In this document: in pieces, positions 17,612-25,377 of the stretch
Layout of the letters: each line of letters starts with the position of its first letter
How positions within the stretch are numbered: the stretch's first letter is position 1
From: an uncultured archaeon
GTDB lineage: Archaea; Thermoplasmatota; Poseidoniia; MGIII; CG-Epi1
Length of the DNA stretch: 34,968 nucleotides
Assembly (NCBI GenBank): GCA_964568285.1
Contig: CAZMPT010000001.1
Location: forward strand, 1-34,968
Reading direction: 5' to 3'
Notes under the pieces: model-generated
What the model saw: only the letters and a program-made list of their open reading frames with translations
Database searches by the model: none
Told to the model about the DNA's origin: nothing
Translations under genes and position numbers: made by a program

Positions 17612-18058
17612 TCAATCCTCCAGATGCTCTCGGTATGCCGCAATAAATTCGTCAGCATAGTTCAGAACTGCGTTAATGAAGTCAGATTGTGACAAGTCAT
17701 CACTACGGTTGTTCTGTGAAAGGTAATTGACCGCATGATTACAGCCCATCCCATACACAATACGGGATTGTGTGTCCATGATACCTGCCTTCTGTCCAAT
17801 GTATAGGTTCTTACCATCTGGTGTCGTGAGTGTCACTTTGGCCTTTTCTTCACTTACAAAGCCGAATCCGACTCCACTTGGAAGGTTATCAGCCACCTTG
17901 AACTTACCTGCAAAACGGCCACGCAGGTCAATCATACCGATTTCACCACGAGGGTTGCTTACTTCATTTGGTCCACGCAAGTAGTATCGGAGGGTATCGC
18001 CCTTCTCATATACCTTTGCGTCATATCCTGCTTCACAATTTACTTCTATTTTTACCAT
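17612..18058 (-). CDS. Hypothetical protein (148 aa) with the strongest expression signals in the window
   Basis: An exact promoter motif lies 49 nt upstream, and the SD GGGAGGAG lies 9 nt before the ATG. Confidence 0.65.
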   Translation of the reverse strand: MVKIEVNCEAGYDAKVYEKGDTLRYYLRGPNEVSNPRGEIGMIDLRGRFAGKFKVADNLPSGVGFGFVSEEKAKVTLTTPDGKNLYIGQKAGIMDTQSRIVYGMGCNHAVNYLSQNNRSDDLSQSDFINAVLNYADEFIAAYREHLED

Positions 18059-18106
18059 GTTATCATTCTCCTCCCTATTGGGGTTGTAGTTAGTGATTGT
18101 GAGATG

Positions 18107-18116
18107 ACCTATTTAA
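18107..18116 (-). promoter_or_regulatory. Promoter element, exact TTAAATAGGT
   Basis: 49 nt to ATG 18058. The leader carries GGGAGGAG. Confidence 0.7.
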
Positions 18117-18147
18117 CCATTCACCTTTTTGAGAAAAACCCTTCAAT

Positions 18148-18157
18148 TTAAGTAGTA
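18148..18157 (+). promoter_or_regulatory. Promoter element, variant TTAAGTAGTA
   Basis: 20 nt to ATG 18177. Divergent from 18107-18116. Confidence 0.45.
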
Positions 18158-18176
18158 AAACCACTAATGTATGCGT

Positions 18177-18752
18177 ATGCAAGTGTATCAGATAGGTAGG
18201 CACATTATACAGTTGCATTATCCTACTCAACAAGACTTGTATGATGCGGGCAATAGATTCCATGTATTTTACGAACACCCTTTGCACAAAGGGACATTTC
18301 AAAAAGATGATGGCGATTGGTCCGGATACAATTTCCCACCAAGATTCTTTTATAGCCTTAACGAAGATATGACCGAAGTAGAACAAGAAGTGTATAATTT
18401 AGGTTTGCGTTATCCTAACAGTTATTTTATCATGACTTATCAAAACCCATCAGTAGATAGGACTTTAATACATGAAACCGCTCATGCACTGTATAAGATG
18501 GAACCTTCTTACAAGCAGGAAGTTGATTTAATTCTTAGAGATAAAAATTTAGATAATCTAAAAAGTATTTTACCGAAGTATGATAAATCTGTTATTATGG
18601 ATGAGATACAAGCATATCTCGTAGAATGGAAAAAAATCAGAACTAATTTGTTAAAGGGTGGCATAAATCCCGACTTATATTTACCATTACATATGGACAT
18701 GGAAAGAATTTACAATAAATATGCTGCTAATTTACGAAAAACCCGTATTTAG
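18177..18752 (+). CDS. Putative HExxH zinc metallopeptidase
   Basis: Contains LIHETAHALY. The ATG at 18177 is 20 nt from the TATA-like TTAAGTAGTA. The track ATG at 18171 is the alternative. Confidence 0.45.
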   Translation: MQVYQIGRHIIQLHYPTQQDLYDAGNRFHVFYEHPLHKGTFQKDDGDWSGYNFPPRFFYSLNEDMTEVEQEVYNLGLRYPNSYFIMTYQNPSVDRTLIHETAHALYKMEPSYKQEVDLILRDKNLDNLKSILPKYDKSVIMDEIQAYLVEWKKIRTNLLKGGINPDLYLPLHMDMERIYNKYAANLRKTRI

Positions 18753-18825
18753 GTTCCATATCTAGGTGTATTGTTTTCTCTACTATTTAGGCTTTCAGTC
18801 TATCAAACACCATCTAATATCAAAG

Positions 18826-18835
18826 TTGATATAGT
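18826..18835 (+). promoter_or_regulatory. Promoter element, variant TTGATATAGT
   Basis: 36 nt to ATG 18871, with GGAGGT in the leader. Confidence 0.45.
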
Positions 18836-18870
18836 TAGGAAAACAAAGGAAATATAGCGGAGGTAACCGC

Positions 18871-19101
18871 ATGGAACCACACAACAAAGTATGGAACGAA
18901 ATAAAGCGTAATAACGATGGAAATTGGATTGGAGAAATATGGATTGATAATGGAGAGTGTATAATGTTATTTGATACAGTAGTTGATAATGATAGAGCAA
19001 TGTTTTCTTATTGGCTTAATTTCTATACCGATACCGCACAGAAATGCCTTGAAGAAGCAACTGATATTGATGACATATCAGCCTGTTATTTGAGGTCATG
19101 A
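18871..19101 (+). CDS. Hypothetical protein (76 aa)
   Basis: The SD GGAGGT lies 6 nt before the ATG. The promoter variant lies 36 nt upstream. Confidence 0.55.
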   Translation: MEPHNKVWNEIKRNNDGNWIGEIWIDNGECIMLFDTVVDNDRAMFSYWLNFYTDTAQKCLEEATDIDDISACYLRS

Positions 19102-19102
19102 A

Positions 19103-19492
19103 ATGGCATATAGCAAGTGTCAATGCAAATCTGGTAATTCTGTTGCATCGTGGTCTGAACGCACTATTGATGACTTATTATTTGAGGCAGGATATAAAAC
19201 CATTTACGAGCCGGAAGTTCCGACCCCTAAAGGAGTATTCATAGCAGATTGGTTAGTATTACCACAGCATGGCTTATCAAAACCTGTTATTATTGAGTAT
19301 TGGGGATTATTGCGAACTACGAATCGAGCCAGATGGGTAGAAGATAGATTACCAAAATACAAACAAAGGAAAAAATATAAAGAAAGCGTGTATGGTTTAT
19401 TAGATTCTTATTATTACATCGCTATCTACCCAGAAGATTTGGAAAATAATGGCGAATTTTCTATTTTAGAGAAGTTGGAAGTTCTTAAATAA
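19103..19492 (+). CDS. Possible PD-(D/E)xK (Vsr/DUF559-like) nuclease-fold protein
   Basis: Contains SWSERTIDDLLFEAGY...FIADWLV...VIIEYWG, matching the S..E...L / D / IExxG pattern. The SD GAGGT is upstream. Confidence 0.35.
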   Translation: MAYSKCQCKSGNSVASWSERTIDDLLFEAGYKTIYEPEVPTPKGVFIADWLVLPQHGLSKPVIIEYWGLLRTTNRARWVEDRLPKYKQRKKYKESVYGLLDSYYYIAIYPEDLENNGEFSILEKLEVLK

Positions 19493-19494
19493 CA
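19485..19494 (+). promoter_or_regulatory. Promoter element, variant TTAAATAACA
   Basis: 20 nt to ATG 19514. Contains the TAA stop of 19103..19492. Confidence 0.6.
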
Positions 19495-19513
19495 AAAAGG
19501 TAAAGATTAGTGT

Positions 19514-20014
19514 ATGGTAGGAGGATTGCCCACACCCCTAAATTGGCTGCATCAAGGTGTAGGCGCATCGCAAGGTTTTTATGCAGTAGGCGTAGCAATT
19601 ACAGGTGGAGTGAATTCAGAACCATTTGAAATTGAATCTCATGCGACTCGGATGGATGTAGCGACAGTGATGCCAATTCATCAATTTCGTGGATGGAGAT
19701 TTTTTGCTGATGAGTATTCTGCAAATGAATATGCCAAGAAGGTGGTATGGGGGAGAAATAATGCGTGGAACGAAGAAGGCTCTACTGTAGAAGTAAAGAA
19801 ACTAAAAGTCAAAAATAAAGGTCCTTTAATGTTTAAGAAGGATGGAAGGTCTAAAGCCAAACCTCTTTTTGGACCACTCACCAATTCCTATTATGTGTCA
19901 AAATGGGGGCTTAAGCCAGAAGGACAAGGTAGATATATTAATCAAGTGATGGTGTTGCGAATAGATTTAGGTAGTAAAACTTGGTCTGAAAAAGATTTTG
20001 GCCCTTATTATTAG
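19514..20014 (+). CDS. Hypothetical protein (166 aa)
   Basis: Leaderless, with the ATG 20 nt after TTAAATAACA (19485-19494). Confidence 0.6.
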   Translation: MVGGLPTPLNWLHQGVGASQGFYAVGVAITGGVNSEPFEIESHATRMDVATVMPIHQFRGWRFFADEYSANEYAKKVVWGRNNAWNEEGSTVEVKKLKVKNKGPLMFKKDGRSKAKPLFGPLTNSYYVSKWGLKPEGQGRYINQVMVLRIDLGSKTWSEKDFGPYY

Positions 20015-20023
20015 GGTGATATA

Positions 20024-20461
20024 ATGATAGAAGACCAGTCCTTGTTTGATAAATGGTCTAAGCAACATTTTATGGTTGGGGCTGTGGTTGGAGGATTTGG
20101 ACTCTTTGATGTGTGGCAATACTTTATTTTACATTCTTTGTTTGAAGTATGGGAGAATACAGTAGGTATCGTAGAATGGAGGAAATTAGGTTGGAAAAAA
20201 TATGATGGAGACTCATTAACCAATATTATAGGAGATACCATAAGTGGCACGGCAGGATTTTTTATTGTAGATAAGTTATTGGATGGGGAGATGGCCTCTC
20301 CACCAGTTCTTGCTGGATTACTTACAGTTGGTGCCTTGATGTCTTATTATCATCCGCAACCCGTAGATGAGGAGTTTATGCCCGATAAATATCGTAAGGC
20401 TATTACAACAGTAGGTGTATTAGGCTTGGCTGGATTAGGAAGTTACTTGTTTATTCATTGA
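20024..20461 (+). CDS. Multi-pass membrane protein (about 4 TM)
   Basis: Hydrophobic segments are FMVGAVVGGFGLF, SGTAGFFIV, VLAGLLTVGALM and TTVGVLGLAGLGSYLFI. The SD GGGTGAT lies 4 nt before the ATG. Confidence 0.65.
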   Translation: MIEDQSLFDKWSKQHFMVGAVVGGFGLFDVWQYFILHSLFEVWENTVGIVEWRKLGWKKYDGDSLTNIIGDTISGTAGFFIVDKLLDGEMASPPVLAGLLTVGALMSYYHPQPVDEEFMPDKYRKAITTVGVLGLAGLGSYLFIH

Positions 20462-20485
20462 TTAAATAGAGTTCACATCGTATAA

Positions 20486-21052
20486 CTAATCTAATCTTAT
20501 TTCTCGCCACTCAACCTTTCCAGCCTTTACCAAATCTCTAATTCTTCGTTGCTTGGTGGTGAGATTGGACTTCCCTGATTTAACATCTAACATTACGATA
20601 GTTCCGTTTTCTAAATTTTCTTTGGTATCTTGATACCAGTTGAACACCAAATAATCAATAGGCTGTCCTAAAAAACTCCAATCTTTTGAATCCCATGCCG
20701 GGTCAATTTCATTATGTTGAAGAAAAGGACACCATTTTTCTAATAATAGTCCTCTTTGAGTGTGTGCGGAGGCGGCCCTACCCTTTTGTTTCTTCATTTC
20801 AGTAGTCATAGATTCTACATCTTCGTGTAAAACCTCAATTTGGGTTTCCATTTCACTATTACTATTCCTTAGATTACCTATTTCTACTATGTAATCTGAT
20901 AACATTGCTTCCATAGTATCAGAAGATTGAGCCATCTGAAGTTCTACAATCTTCAGTTCGGCTTCATGCAGAGAACGAAATAATTCTCGTGCCTTGAACC
21001 AAAGATACCCTGCTATGAGAGTCAAACCACTGACTAGGTAATACTCCCACAT
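20486..21052 (-). CDS. Membrane-anchored endonuclease related to archaeal Holliday-junction resolvase (COG4741 / Endonuc_Holl-like)
   Basis: An N-terminal TM helix (YYLVSGLTLIAGYLWF) and a coiled coil are followed by C-terminal GQPIDYLVF...IVMLDVKSGKSNLTTKQRRIRDLVKAGKVEW. Leaderless, 20 nt from motif 21072. Confidence 0.6.
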   Translation of the reverse strand: MWEYYLVSGLTLIAGYLWFKARELFRSLHEAELKIVELQMAQSSDTMEAMLSDYIVEIGNLRNSNSEMETQIEVLHEDVESMTTEMKKQKGRAASAHTQRGLLLEKWCPFLQHNEIDPAWDSKDWSFLGQPIDYLVFNWYQDTKENLENGTIVMLDVKSGKSNLTTKQRRIRDLVKAGKVEWREIRLD

Positions 21053-21071
21053 GGTTTTGTTATGGGTTGCT

Positions 21072-21081
21072 ACCTATTTCA
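21072..21081 (-). promoter_or_regulatory. Promoter element, variant TGAAATAGGT
   Basis: 20 nt to ATG 21052. Contains the TGA stop of 21079..21405. Confidence 0.65.
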
Positions 21082-21405
21082 AATTGCTTGAAGTCTATTA
21101 GGCTCTACATTGAATTGATAAATAGCCCCACCACTTCCATTGTATTTACGGTCATTGTAAAACATTGCTTCTGCGATAGTAATTATGGTTTCTAATTCGT
21201 TAGTAGAGGCTTGATGTAGGCGTTTTCCACTAGTGATTCCCATGTTGTCTAATGTGTCATGTCCATTCTTACCAATATTTTCTTCCAATGTTTGATAATT
21301 ACTCCAATGAAACATATGAAACTGTTCAGTAGTTCCGTATGTAGGCCATGCAGATTCCCCATAATCAACAATGAGGATTGACGCTGTGTTCCTCAAATTA
21401 GTCAC
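21079..21405 (-). CDS. Hypothetical protein (105-108 aa), non-ATG start
   Basis: The track start is GTG 21405. The alternative is TTG 21396, 5 nt after GAGGTGA, the same context as at 34069. Confidence 0.5.
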   Translation of the reverse strand: MTNLRNTASILIVDYGESAWPTYGTTEQFHMFHWSNYQTLEENIGKNGHDTLDNMGITSGKRLHQASTNELETIITIAEAMFYNDRKYNGSGGAIYQFNVEPNRLQAI

Positions 21406-21406
21406 C

Positions 21407-22363
21407 TCAAGGCTCTGTTGGGCTATCGGGGTCCAATCCCAAAGTTTGGCAGATTTCTTTGTATCGGTTTCGGATAGTAACCTCGGTCACACCAGCAGCC
21501 ATGGCTACATCTCTTTGTGTGCGTGTCACGCCCTTAATACGAGTAGCCAAATATACTGCGGCAGCAGCCAAACCAGTTGGCCCTCTTCCCGTTCCCAATG
21601 CTGTAACTGATTCAAAACTCAATATACGAGTGGCTAATGATTCAGTCTGTGCATCCAATTGTAGTTGAGATGCAAAACGAGGCACATATTCTGTGGGTGG
21701 TGTTGGAAGAATACGAATACCCAAATCCTTCATAACACGCTTGTAAGTGCGCCCAATTTCTTTACGGCCTGTGCGAGAATGCTGTCCAATTTCATCAAGG
21801 GTGCGACTCATACGATTCAATCTGCAAGCCGCATGGATGCAAGCCGCAACTACTCCCTCTATGGAACGACCACGAACCAACTTGCGTTCTACGGCTCGCT
21901 TGTAAATTCTTGCGGCATTTTCTCTAACAGAACGAGGCAAAGCCATTTGTGAACCCAAACGGTCAAGTTCATTCAGAGCAGTAACCAAATTACGCTCTTT
22001 AGAATCACGAATACGGGTGCGCTGATGCTGACGGCGCAAACGGTTATACTTCCGCCTTTGAGAAGCAGACAAGGTTCCACCAGCCCCATCTTTGTAAGCA
22101 GGAGCCATATCAGTAGTCAAACCACCGTCATGGTATAAGTCTGACTTGGGCATACCCCATCGTTCTCCTTCCATGCCTGACCCATCAGCAAATACTCTAT
22201 TATCCTTGCCCAAATCTACTGTCCATTCGGGCATCACCAATCCACATTCTTTACAATGTGGTTCATCGGCTTCAAAATCAATACTTGTTGATTGGCATTC
22301 AGGACAAATATAGGCATCATAATGGAAGTCATCTGCGACCTCTTGTTTCTTTTCATCGTTCAT
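21407..22363 (-). CDS. tfb: Transcription initiation factor TFIIB homolog (TFB)
   Basis: An N-terminal zinc ribbon (CPECQS...CKECG), a B-reader/linker, and two cyclin-like repeats (SIEGVVAACIHAACRL... and GPTGLAAAAVYLATRI...). The start was set to ATG 22363, with the SD GAGGGTGA 4 nt upstream and the exact promoter motif 33 nt upstream. The track start at 22396 is a TTG lying inside the TATA box. Confidence 0.92.
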   Translation of the reverse strand: MNDEKKQEVADDFHYDAYICPECQSTSIDFEADEPHCKECGLVMPEWTVDLGKDNRVFADGSGMEGERWGMPKSDLYHDGGLTTDMAPAYKDGAGGTLSASQRRKYNRLRRQHQRTRIRDSKERNLVTALNELDRLGSQMALPRSVRENAARIYKRAVERKLVRGRSIEGVVAACIHAACRLNRMSRTLDEIGQHSRTGRKEIGRTYKRVMKDLGIRILPTPPTEYVPRFASQLQLDAQTESLATRILSFESVTALGTGRGPTGLAAAAVYLATRIKGVTRTQRDVAMAAGVTEVTIRNRYKEICQTLGLDPDSPTEP

Positions 22364-22395
22364 AGTTTCACCCTCTGTGCGTTCATAGTGCGACA

Positions 22396-22405
22396 ACCTA
22401 TTTAA
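22396..22405 (-). promoter_or_regulatory. Promoter element, exact TTAAATAGGT (tfb promoter)
   Basis: 33 nt to ATG 22363, with GAGGGTGA in the leader. Contains the TAG stop of 22398..22733. Confidence 0.7.
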
Positions 22406-22733
22406 GCATTTCGTTATCTTTAAGTAGGTTCTTGTCTAAAGCAGTTAGGAAGCCCCACCCCAAATTCTTTGGTTTCTTGAGCCATCTTAATTTCCATTGT
22501 TCAGATTCAGCCTCCAACAAAATATATCCACTTTCTTTTTCTTCTCTTTTAGTTATTACGAACTTGACATCTCCAATTTTACTTTTGTAGGGGACCTTCT
22601 TCCAATTGTTCTTTTTCTTGTCCCATGCTTTCCATGTCAATTCAGTTTTGTCAAACAACCTGAAAATATCAATTCTTTTTACCTTCTTTCCTACTTCAAA
22701 GGTATCTTCAACTGTTTTCTTTGCTTTAGCCAT
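22398..22733 (-). CDS. Lys-rich basic protein (111 aa), possible nucleic-acid binding
   Basis: Starts MAKAKKTVEDTF... The ATG at 22733 overlaps the upstream stop by 8 nt. The track start at 22790 would overlap by 65 nt. Its TAG stop lies inside the TFB TATA box. Confidence 0.5.
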   Translation of the reverse strand: MAKAKKTVEDTFEVGKKVKRIDIFRLFDKTELTWKAWDKKKNNWKKVPYKSKIGDVKFVITKREEKESGYILLEAESEQWKLRWLKKPKNLGWGFLTALDKNLLKDNEMLK

Positions 22734-23040
22734 TAATATTCGCCTCGATAGTATGTAGTTGTTCTTCTCTAACTTCTTCATAGTTTCCAATTACCGCAAA
22801 CCAATCAGCGTCCTCATAACGGTTTTTCGTGTAGGTTTCTACATAAAATTCCGGCATCAGCAGATGACACCATTTTTCGTTAGCCAAAGAGTTTCTTCTC
22901 TTCACCAAAGCACAAGATTCATTAGGATAATGATTAGCCCAATCTCTAGTGGCTTGTTGTATTTTCACCCTTCGCTCTCCATTTGCGCCGATAACTACAT
23001 AGTGGTCTAAGCACCATAAGAAATATTCTTTAGAATTCAT
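22726..23040 (-). CDS. Hypothetical protein (104 aa)
   Basis: ATGA overlap with the upstream small ORF. Confidence 0.55.
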   Translation of the reverse strand: MNSKEYFLWCLDHYVVIGANGERRVKIQQATRDWANHYPNESCALVKRRNSLANEKWCHLLMPEFYVETYTKNRYEDADWFAVIGNYEEVREEQLHTIEANING

Positions 23041-23156
23041 TGAATGTCCTCCAAATGTCTTGGGTCAATGCTACAATCGCATGGCGATGGTTCCCAATCA
23101 CCATCAGCCCCTCTCTGCGCTACAATTCCAGTTCCTTTACAAGTTTTACATTTCAT
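23037..23156 (-). CDS. Small zinc-finger protein (39 aa), not in the ORF track
   Basis: Translates as MKCKTCKGTGIVAQRGADGDWEPSPCDCSIDPRHLEDIQ, with a DnaJ-type CxxCxGxG plus CxC. The ATG immediately follows the upstream TAG, and its TGA overlaps the next ATG (ATGA). Confidence 0.55.
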   Translation of the reverse strand: MKCKTCKGTGIVAQRGADGDWEPSPCDCSIDPRHLEDIQ

Positions 23157-23696
23157 CTAATTCACCCTTATTTTTTCTGCTACTATCTTTCCAATAGGTA
23201 AATCACTATTGAGTTCATAGGTGCGAGTCGGAATATCGGTGTTTCTTCCACCTTCTTGTTTTACAATCCCTCGTGCCACAAATAATCTCATATGTCTGGC
23301 TACGGAACCTACACCCATCCTGAAGGCGAATCTTTCTGTGAAAGCCCCAATTTGTTTGGCCGATAGTTTCCCACGATGTTTCAGAATGCGAAGTAATGTA
23401 TATTGAATATGGTTTCGCTTTCCTCTTCTTATCTGATGGTAGCACTCTAAAGAGCAAAATTCTCGGTTGGACTCGTGAAGTTCATAGCGGATATGATATT
23501 CATCACCGCAATAATCACAAGAATCTGGAATAGGTGGTTTTCCATAAGGACCTCGTTTGTATCCATTATTTTTGTAAATTCGGCAATAGGTGGAACAGTA
23601 ATTGGTTTCAATACGGTTGTATTTGGCTCCGCTTTGGATGATACCCCTGCCACAATAGCAGTTCGGCAAACTATTCTGTTGATACTTTTCTTCCAT
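23157..23696 (-). CDS. Tandem TRASH/FCS-type zinc-finger plus winged-helix DNA-binding protein (paralog of 28643..29188)
   Basis: Contains CYCG...YCSTYC and CDYCGDEY...FCSLEC, then LRILKHRGKLSAKQI...wHTH. The start was set to ATG 23696, with the SD GGGGTG 5 nt upstream and the motif 32 nt upstream. The track ATG at 23720 is 8 nt from the TATA. Confidence 0.65.
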   Translation of the reverse strand: MEEKYQQNSLPNCYCGRGIIQSGAKYNRIETNYCSTYCRIYKNNGYKRGPYGKPPIPDSCDYCGDEYHIRYELHESNREFCSLECYHQIRRGKRNHIQYTLLRILKHRGKLSAKQIGAFTERFAFRMGVGSVARHMRLFVARGIVKQEGGRNTDIPTRTYELNSDLPIGKIVAEKIRVN

Positions 23697-23727
23697 TCTT
23701 ACACCCCTTGATAAGACCATTGTGCGA

Positions 23728-23737
23728 CCCTATTTAA
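23728..23737 (-). promoter_or_regulatory. Promoter element, variant TTAAATAGGG
   Basis: 32 nt to ATG 23696, with GGGGTG in the leader. Confidence 0.65.
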
Positions 23738-23746
23738 ACCCTGTGA

Positions 23747-24229
23747 TTATCCACAAATTTGTGGTGATTGTGTATGGGCTTGAACATCCATGATGAAGTA
23801 ATCCCCCATATCACTCTCTGGGTGCGTATCTTTTCCTGTTGCCTGAATCTCCAAGACGATTGTATGATTTAGACTGACATTAAGGCTGACATTCCACACT
23901 GTATTTTCAGTGGTTTGATTAGTCCAGAGTAGAGTATCGTTTTCAAAAATGCTAAGGTTAAAATAACCTTGTCCTAACACCAAGTTATCCTCTGAAAAGT
24001 AAGTAATCAAATCTATGGTAATATCTAATCCTCCATCACTTGTATTATTTAATTCCCATACAGTTGTATTCCCATAACTCATCGGTGCGCCGTTCCATTG
24101 GTGCGAATCATACCACTCATACCCTGTTTTGATTCCATCATCACATTGTATTTCTGCTATGCCATCCTTTTCTAAACATCCTGCTAATGCAGACAATAGC
24201 ATCAGGGTAATAATAAGGTTCCGAATCAT
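23747..24229 (-). CDS. Secreted lipoprotein with many N-glycosylation sequons
   Basis: The signal peptide plus lipobox reads MIRNLIITLMLLSALAGC. At least 8 NxS/T sequons are present (NTT, NNT, NLS, NDT, NQT, NVS x2, NHT). ATGA overlap with the upstream gene. Confidence 0.7.
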   Translation of the reverse strand: MIRNLIITLMLLSALAGCLEKDGIAEIQCDDGIKTGYEWYDSHQWNGAPMSYGNTTVWELNNTSDGGLDITIDLITYFSEDNLVLGQGYFNLSIFENDTLLWTNQTTENTVWNVSLNVSLNHTIVLEIQATGKDTHPESDMGDYFIMDVQAHTQSPQICG

Positions 24230-24534
24230 TCTAAATCGTCCTCCGTTCCACGAATTACTCGATATGGAGCGGAATTGTGATAAGTTTTGTCCCTGCGGCC
24301 TATTAATTTAACAGGGTGGCTACGATTTCGGGCAATAGTCCCGACAATTTCTTCTCCCAATTCTTTGAATCGGTTATCGTTGCGTAATACAAATGTAACT
24401 CTGCGAGGGCTTGGTGGATAACGACCACCACGACTCGTTGTTTTTAACAGTTCAGCGATTTCAGTTGAAATCATGGCTCTTTCTGCTAACATCTCAAATA
24501 CGGCTTCAGTCCATAAATTCGCTCTTATTCCCAT
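24226..24534 (-). CDS. Small winged-helix-like DNA-binding protein
   Basis: Contains ISTEIAELLKTTSRGGRYPPSPRRVTFVLRNDNRF. The SD GAGGTGAT lies 3 nt before the ATG. Confidence 0.45.
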   Translation of the reverse strand: MGIRANLWTEAVFEMLAERAMISTEIAELLKTTSRGGRYPPSPRRVTFVLRNDNRFKELGEEIVGTIARNRSHPVKLIGRRDKTYHNSAPYRVIRGTEDDLE

Positions 24535-24543
24535 ATTATCACC

Positions 24544-24786
24544 TCACTCTATCAAATCACCATATTTGTTCTTTAGACGCATATATTCTACTGCCCTAAT
24601 GTGTTTGCAGTTTCTTTGCCTTCCACGGATGCGAAAATCTTGACAGTTGCAGGTGTATCTATCACCCCAATTTACTACTTGATATTGTTTAGTAGCGTCT
24701 TGGCTCTCCACCAGCCAAACATCATCTGTCTTTCTAATCACCCCATTTGCTAACGCAATTGTTCTTGCTCTTTGGTTTCTACTCAT
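24544..24786 (-). CDS. SWIM zinc-finger protein (80 aa)
   Basis: CNCQDFRIRGRQRNCKH matches the CxCx(n)CxH SWIM signature. The ATG at 24786 has AGGTGA 5 nt upstream and the exact motif 31 nt upstream. The track start is a GTG. Confidence 0.75.
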   Translation of the reverse strand: MSRNQRARTIALANGVIRKTDDVWLVESQDATKQYQVVNWGDRYTCNCQDFRIRGRQRNCKHIRAVEYMRLKNKYGDLIE

Positions 24787-24816
24787 GGCTCTCACCTAAC
24801 AAACCATAGGGCGATA

Positions 24817-24826
24817 ACCTATTTAA
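24817..24826 (-). promoter_or_regulatory. Promoter element, exact TTAAATAGGT
   Basis: 31 nt to ATG 24786, with AGGTGA in the leader. Confidence 0.7.
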
Positions 24827-24843
24827 CCATTGTCTTCAAAACC

Positions 24844-25005
24844 CTAACACCACAACCCGCAGCCCGTAGCAGTGGTTTCACCCCATACAATCATTACGAT
24901 AAAAAACAGGGTAAATCCTATGAATAACCTCTTCTTGTTGCGTTTGATGGCTGCCAACTGCTCTTCACGGCTGGGCATATCCGGGTCGTAAGTTCCCCAA
25001 CTCAT
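24844..25005 (-). CDS. Small single-pass membrane protein (53 aa), not in the ORF track
   Basis: Translates as MSWGTYDPDMPSREEQLAAIKRNKKRLFIGFTLFFIVMIVWGETTATGCGLWC. ATGA overlap with the upstream FTR-like gene. Confidence 0.55.
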   Translation of the reverse strand: MSWGTYDPDMPSREEQLAAIKRNKKRLFIGFTLFFIVMIVWGETTATGCGLWC

Positions 25006-25343
25006 GAGTTCTCCTCCACATATTCTTGACTACAAAAGATTCCACAATGACATACACCCTCATTGGGAATTTCTTCTTTCAGTGCTGGTTTGCATGGACA
25101 AACTCTATTATGTTGTGGGTCGGTATATGGTAATTTCGCTGCTGCTTTTTGCTCTTCTTTTGTTTCGCCAACCACGGTGAAGCAAGGACAATACCTTTTT
25201 CCGTGTTTAACTTGCATTTGTGTCAGCCCCATGATAATGTTTTCATTGATTTCATCATCTGGATTAGGTGAATATCCCATTTTATCCCACACCTTTCCCA
25301 CGAACTTGCGGGTTTTATCAATTTCGGCCAGTGGTAAGTTCAT
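25002..25343 (-). CDS. Ferredoxin:thioredoxin reductase catalytic (beta) subunit homolog
   Basis: Contains GYSPNPDDE...IIMGL...HGKRYCPCF...RVCPCKPALKEEIPNEGVCHCGIF, which fits the CPC...CPC...CHC signature of FTR-B. The ATG at 25343 is preceded by AAGGTGGGAT. The track start at 25388 is a TTG. Confidence 0.7.
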   Translation of the reverse strand: MNLPLAEIDKTRKFVGKVWDKMGYSPNPDDEINENIIMGLTQMQVKHGKRYCPCFTVVGETKEEQKAAAKLPYTDPQHNRVCPCKPALKEEIPNEGVCHCGIFCSQEYVEENS

Positions 25344-25377
25344 TGTATCCCACCTTATCTTCTTGGAATATAAATCT

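Noticed and set aside
18742-18791. cgtatttagg and tactatttagg (minus-oriented motif-like strings) after the metallopeptidase gene
   Set aside because: On the minus strand they would drive only a 10-codon ORF (ATG 18759). They are more likely chance or part of a terminator region.
20462-20471. TTAAATAGAG in the convergent gap after 20024..20461 as the promoter of an antisense or non-coding RNA
   Set aside because: There is no ATG or structured element downstream on the plus strand, and the match is imperfect. It cannot be supported without TSS data. An antisense transcript over 20486..21052 remains conceivable.
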